A stretch of 64,000 nucleotides of DNA, taken from an uncultured Acidobacteriota bacterium (GTDB taxonomy: Bacteria > Acidobacteriota > UBA6911 > RPQK01 > JAPXNP01). This document shows, one piece after another, positions 61,933-64,000 of the stretch. Made by a program: the position numbers and the translations under genes. Under the pieces are notes generated by a model. The model searched no databases. It was not told the origin of the DNA and saw only the letters and a program-made list of their open reading frames with translations. The stretch's first letter is position 1. Every line of letters starts with the position of its first letter. The stretch covers positions 128,001-192,000 of the forward strand of contig CAVZRV010000027.1 of NCBI GenBank assembly GCA_963777605.1. The letters run 5' to 3'.

Positions 61933-62616
61933 GTGATGATGAAACAAATAATGGCTTTTGCGTTCAGCTTCTTTCTGTTGTTGCCGTTTGGTTTTGCCGC
62001 CACCCGAAGTGACAAACCTGCCCAGGACGCTCATGGGCCTCTTTATGTCGGACTGCTGATCCAGGACAACCTTCCCAACGTGACAACGGACACCAATGTT
62101 TACCGCGAGTTCATCCGATCCCTCCCCAAGGGAACCCACATCGCGGTCGCTTATGCCCGACCGGGATCGGTCGACGTGGCCGTCCCCTTTACCGAAGACC
62201 TGGGGAAAGCGGCCTCTGAATTCCGGGCGCCGGCCGGATTCGCCCGGATGGCACCGGGAAGCCCGTTCATGTCGGCCAAGGAGTTCATCAAGAAATTCCC
62301 TGCCGACGGAAACGCCCAGCGTCTTCTGATCTTCGTGTCGGATGGGATCGACTCGAACTACGGTGACTTTGCGTCCCCTTATACGGGAAACCCCTATCTG
62401 ACCAGTGCCGTGAGCACTGCGAAGAAGTCCAACACTCGAGTCGACACGATCTTTGCCCCTTCGTCCCGAACCCGGGGATCGTTCCGGGCCAATATCGGCC
62501 AGGGCACATTGAACTACCTGTCCCAGAATACGGGTGGTGTCGGTTATTACTCGGGCAGCACCTATATCTCGGCTCAACCGTTCCTGGAGAAGATCCTGAA
62601 GCAGATCAATCCCTGA
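61933..62616 (+). CDS. Secreted vWA-like domain protein
   Basis: Signal peptide; YVGLLIQD, VPFTEDL, LLIFVSDG, LNYLSQNTGG fit a degenerate vWA fold with no intact DxSxS. Confidence 0.65.
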   Translation: MMMKQIMAFAFSFFLLLPFGFAATRSDKPAQDAHGPLYVGLLIQDNLPNVTTDTNVYREFIRSLPKGTHIAVAYARPGSVDVAVPFTEDLGKAASEFRAPAGFARMAPGSPFMSAKEFIKKFPADGNAQRLLIFVSDGIDSNYGDFASPYTGNPYLTSAVSTAKKSNTRVDTIFAPSSRTRGSFRANIGQGTLNYLSQNTGGVGYYSGSTYISAQPFLEKILKQINP

Positions 62617-62703
62617 TGGCTCGCGAGTCGAGCAGCTACAAATGGCAGACCACCGGTCCGTCTTCACGCCTCGGCGCGGGGACGGACCGACTTTGCATGG
62701 GAA

Positions 62704-63927
62704 TCAATCGTTGGATGAGGCAGATCGAATCATCTTCTCGAAGTCGCCGATCGGGAAAGCGTCGAGACGGTGTCCGTCCCTCCCCTCCATGGTCTCTGCC
62801 TTGAAGAGCGAGTTGAGAACCGCCTCCTCGACGGCTTCGACCGTAGCGAGAAACAGCGGGCTGACGAAATCGTCCTGAAGCTCCTCGACCGTCCGAGTCC
62901 GGGACTTCGGTGCGTAGGGAACCGGGTTCCGGGTAGAGAAAGCGATCACGAAATCCCCCGAACCGTGGCTCATGAAGGACCCTGTTCGAGCCAGGCCGAG
63001 GACCGCCCGCCGGGCGATCCGCTTCAGGTTCCGGGGCGACAGCGGTGCGTCGGTAGCCAGGATGACCATGCAGGACCCGTCCCCGTTCCTTCCAGGACCG
63101 CCATCTTGCCCTGCGGCAGCCTCGATCTCGCCGCGGAAGGAGTAGCGTCCCAATGCCTCCCCGACACGATGCCCGTCGATAGTAAGAATCCCTCCGAAGT
63201 TGGTCTGCACGAGGGCACCGAGGGTGTACCCGCCCAGCGAGTCCGGGAGAACCCGCGAGGCGGTCCCGATCCCTCCCTTCCATCCAAAGAGCTGAGTCCC
63301 CGTTCCGGCGCCGACATCCCCCTCGGAAACCGGGCCGGAAACGGCCTGCTCAATAGCCTCGTAGACGTCCGCTTCGGTCACGGCACAACTCCGGATGTCG
63401 TTCAGATACCCATCGTTCGTCTCGCCCACGACAGCATTAACTGACCTGACCGTCTCATTCCCGGGCTGCCGAAGGGTCCATTTGACGACAGCCTGCACCG
63501 CCGTCCCGACGGAAAGCGTATTCGTCAGCACGATTGGAGTCTCGAGGTTCCCCAACTCATCCACCTGGAGAAACCCCGCGGCTTTCCCGAACGCGTTTCC
63601 AGGATAGACGGCGGCAGCCACTTTCTCCTGGAAAAGGTTGCCCTCATGAGGGAGGACTGCGGTTACCCCGGTTCGAATCGAATCTCCCCGGATGATCGTT
63701 TTGTGGCCTACTCGGATCCCAGCTACGTCGGTGATGGCGTTGAGAGACCCCGGTTGAAGGACCCCCAACTTCACGCCCAGGTCCCGAACCCGAGGGCGAT
63801 TCTCCGCGTGCATCAAGGCCCCCGCAAGCACCAGCGTCACGGTCACAAGAAACAACCAGCCCTGCCCGGGACCACTTGCCGTCATCAGTCGATCCTCCCG
63901 CCCGGTGCCCGTTGCAGTCATTGGCAA
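62704..63927 (-). CDS. DmpA-like L-aminopeptidase/D-esterase (peptidase P1/S58 family), probably secreted
   Basis: NAITDVAGIRVGH, RTGVTAVLP, LTNTLSVG, VVGETNDG, VGAGTG, KGGIGTASR, ATDAPL, HGSGD autocleavage site. The start is uncertain (63927 or 63885). Confidence 0.92.
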   Translation of the reverse strand: MPMTATGTGREDRLMTASGPGQGWLFLVTVTLVLAGALMHAENRPRVRDLGVKLGVLQPGSLNAITDVAGIRVGHKTIIRGDSIRTGVTAVLPHEGNLFQEKVAAAVYPGNAFGKAAGFLQVDELGNLETPIVLTNTLSVGTAVQAVVKWTLRQPGNETVRSVNAVVGETNDGYLNDIRSCAVTEADVYEAIEQAVSGPVSEGDVGAGTGTQLFGWKGGIGTASRVLPDSLGGYTLGALVQTNFGGILTIDGHRVGEALGRYSFRGEIEAAAGQDGGPGRNGDGSCMVILATDAPLSPRNLKRIARRAVLGLARTGSFMSHGSGDFVIAFSTRNPVPYAPKSRTRTVEELQDDFVSPLFLATVEAVEEAVLNSLFKAETMEGRDGHRLDAFPIGDFEKMIRSASSND

Positions 63928-64000
63928 GGGCGCGCCATTCCCTGCGAACTGCGCCTTGTCTTGGCGCGTATGCGAGGCTCTGAAAGCGTCATATGATGCG

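Overview
GC-rich bacterial chromosomal window, most likely Acidobacteriota. This is inferred from the Oar-type TonB-dependent receptor, the long Pro-rich TonB, the Ser/Thr kinase fusion and the many secreted hydrolases. It holds about 41 protein genes and I found no rRNA, tRNA, CRISPR array, transposase or integrase. Most genes serve extracellular polymer and peptide degradation (sulfatase, GH78, GH16, GH36/27-like, GH2, S8 protease, CocE/NonD, PepD, DmpA-like), transport (OPT, CPA1, NRAMP-like, TonB/TBDR) and core metabolism (zwf-pgl). At least seven genes are broken by small indels, most likely long-read assembly errors. Five items are the most interesting. (i) A minus-strand operon at 54.9-61.3 kb encodes an NRAMP-like transporter, an enolase-superfamily enzyme, an N-terminally truncated Cys-tailed MurF paralog, a DUF1611-like P-loop protein and a PaaK/CapK-like ligase. 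(ii) An unnamed ~110-aa module recurs in three secreted proteins, one of which the ORF track missed (1..949). (iii) An OPT-PqqD-PepD cassette has no RiPP machinery nearby. (iv) A DegT aminotransferase and a DUF362 protein both carry Tat signals. (v) A TBDR-like barrel has a different domain in place of its normal N-terminus. All product calls come from motif recognition by eye; no database search was run.
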